A stretch of 62,986 nucleotides of DNA, filler included, from Ministeria vibrans ATCC 50519 (Eukaryota > Protista > Filasterea), in the NCBI GenBank assembly GCA_943704425.1. It is 7 parts of 7 records of this genome, joined end to end, with 100 filler letters (N's around TTAATTAATTAA, not from the genome) between each part and the next. Parts side by side here need not be neighbours in the genome. Positions count along the whole stretch, not along the records: positions 59,654 to 61,754 come from CALSCP010002577.1; positions 61,855 to 62,986 come from CALSCP010001525.1; 5 more parts are not named here. One strand, 5' to 3'. Shown here piece after piece: positions 61,042 through 62,986 of this stretch (position 1 is its first letter; each line of letters opens with the position of its first letter). The position numbers were made by a program, and so were the translations under genes. Below the pieces are notes generated by a model. That model had not been told where the DNA came from. It worked only from the letters and a program-made list of their open reading frames with translations, and searched no databases.

Positions 61042-61622
61042 GACACACACACACACACACACACACACGTTTTGATTGATTCTTTTTTCATTTTTCATAG
61101 TGATCGTTGATTTCATTGGTGCTCCGTATTTGACCCCCAACTTTGCCAGTGCTGCACTCGATTGTACGGAGATCATTCACTCAGTTAGCACACGTCCTTT
61201 TCACTCTCTCTTTCGTGCCACTCAATCTCACTTACTGGTTTTTTTTCTTTGTACGATTAGCTCGCATTGCTCTTCTTGCCTTTCTTGGCGGTCCCATTTC
61301 TGAAGAAAAGCTCAAGTCAGTATTATTTTGTTTTTGTCGTGTCTTCACTCTGCTGCTCGTGTCGCACATTTTGCCTTGACTTTGTCTTACAACAACTCAT
61401 TCTTTTGCAATCGCATTCTTAATTTTCTCTATTAGCATTGTGGCTCTTTTGAAAAAGCGCATTTCTTGTAAGCAACACACCCAAATACTATAATTCATCT
61501 CTCTCTCAACTCCATTGTCACTTGCCTGATTCATTCTCTTCTTCTCAACTCGCTCTTTCTCTCTCTCTATCACTTTGTTTCTCTCTCTCCCTCTATCACT
61601 GTTTCTCTCTCCCCCTCTATCA

Positions 61623-61716
<94 letters not shown>

Positions 61717-61754
61717 CTCTTTTCTCCAGTGACAGGCACTACTCTCCGATCGCG
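59726..61754 (+). CDS. NAD(P)H-quinone oxidoreductase, PIG3/TP53I3-like (truncated by gap)
   Basis: Many tiny exons: [35 protein letters not shown]...[10 protein letters not shown]...[12 protein letters not shown]...[12 protein letters not shown]...LLKKRISLTGTTLRS. Confidence 0.85.
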
Positions 61755-62060
61755 NNNNNNNNNNNNNNNNNNNNNNNNNNNNNNNNNNNNNNNNNNNNTT
61801 AATTAATTAANNNNNNNNNNNNNNNNNNNNNNNNNNNNNNNNNNNNNNNNNNNNTTTATATTCAGGATGTAAAGCGAATTAAAATGGAAAATGAACTGTA
61901 AATATGATGCTACTCGCTGGTGTGTGTGTGCGTGAGAGAGAGGCAAACAGAGAGAGAGAGAGGGAGAGAGAGTCCAGTGTGATTGTGCGTCCGAAATACA
62001 ATCACTATCATATCACTCGATCAAGAATTGTTCTACAACTATACAACATGAAAAGGGGAA

Positions 62061-62602
62061 ATTAGGCGTTTACTAACGAAACTAAAGTAGCCACCACATC
62101 TCCGTTGTGCTCTCTCAGAGCTTTGTCGGCGGCGCTTTGAGAAATTTCCATCTCTGACACCTAAAAAAGAAGAAGAGAGAGACAAAAATCAAAAAAACAT
62201 CAGTCGAAGCAACTTGCAGCGTACCACAGCTTCAACATCGGCCGGGTCTACGTTCACAGCGGCCAGCTTCTCCTTTCTACAAAAGCGAGCATCGTGCACG
62301 AGTGAGCGGGGCGACAGCAGCAGCAAAAGCCTCTTACAATGCGTCTTGAGCACTTGCGTCCTTGCCGTCCTGCAGAGCCGCCATCGCCTACCACAGCAGC
62401 CACAAGGGGAAGCCCCGTTAGCGTTCTCTCGTGTGCACCCGCCCCCCCATGCCTGCCCTGCCCTTACCTGCGTCAACGACGCTGCGTCCATTTCTTCGTC
62501 CTCTTGGAAATCCGTCATTTTCTCCAAATCCTCAGCACCGCTACTGTGCTGCTTGCGCTCAGGCTGGCGCTCTTCCTCTGTGTGTTCGTCCCCGTCCGCC
62601 AT
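62061..62602 (-). CDS. HYPK: Huntingtin-interacting protein K (NatA-associated, UBA-like C-terminus)
   Basis: Four exons: HSSGAEDLEKMTDFQEDEEM...KEKLAAVNVDPADVEAV|VSEMEISQSAADKALREHNGDVVATLVSLVN. Confidence 0.85.
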
Positions 62603-62986
62603 AATAAACAGAGAGAAATAATTAAAGAAAAGAGTGATCGTCATCCACTCACTCATCACGAGTCAACCCTCAGTGAGTAACTCAGTCTCTACTCACTCAT
62701 TATTACGGTCGCAACACTTTTCTTTCGTACCAAACTACACGATGAGCTACGACAAGCCCCCGTCATACACACAGGCCGGCTACGCACCGCAGCAAGGTAC
62801 CCCCGAGCAATCAAGCAACTCCTGTCGCAGTTCGCTGTGGCGCCAGCGCTTCCGCACGCACTGGAGCACACCCCCTTGGAGAAGCGAGAGACCAGCGTGC
62901 GTCTGGGCCGTGCGTGCATGCGCTCTATTCCCTCTTCGTTCTGGGGAAGAGCCCAAACGGAAAAAAAAAAAAAAAAAAAAAAACCC

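Noticed and set aside
62742-62796. Possible first exon MSYDKPPSYTQAGYAPQQG divergent from HYPK
   Set aside because: Plausible but too short and at the window edge to support a call.

Overview
Intron-rich, gene-dense eukaryotic DNA with short spliceosomal introns full of microsatellites. It is probably from a unicellular holozoan/opisthokont-like protist, inferred from the SAM-RhoGAP-START gene, the adhesion GPCR and phosphotyrosine-type motifs. Six artificial 100-nt linkers (N44-TTAATTAATTAA-N44) join the sequence, so adjacency across them is unproven. About 24 genes or fragments were reconstructed by hand-splicing. Housekeeping genes: SEC11, PTGR3/ZADH2-like and PIG3-like oxidoreductases, U1-C, WDR26/GID7, PPIP5K, HYPK, EML-like, CISD3-like, DUF445 and Sec23-like. 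The most unusual items are: (1) an adhesion-GPCR-like receptor whose GAIN/GPS lies ~540 aa from the 7TM while an HFS-motif ZU5 domain occupies the juxtamembrane position; (2) tandem minimal RIG-I/Dicer-type helicases with an unknown N-terminal domain, near tandem IFI44-like GTPases (candidate antiviral locus); (3) a giant Cys-rich secreted protein with acidic propeptide, KR site and 21 consecutive Arg; (4) a GNAT + flavin amine oxidase fusion; (5) EGF domains split by an inserted ~140-aa domain. All family calls come from motif recognition by eye; no database searches were run.
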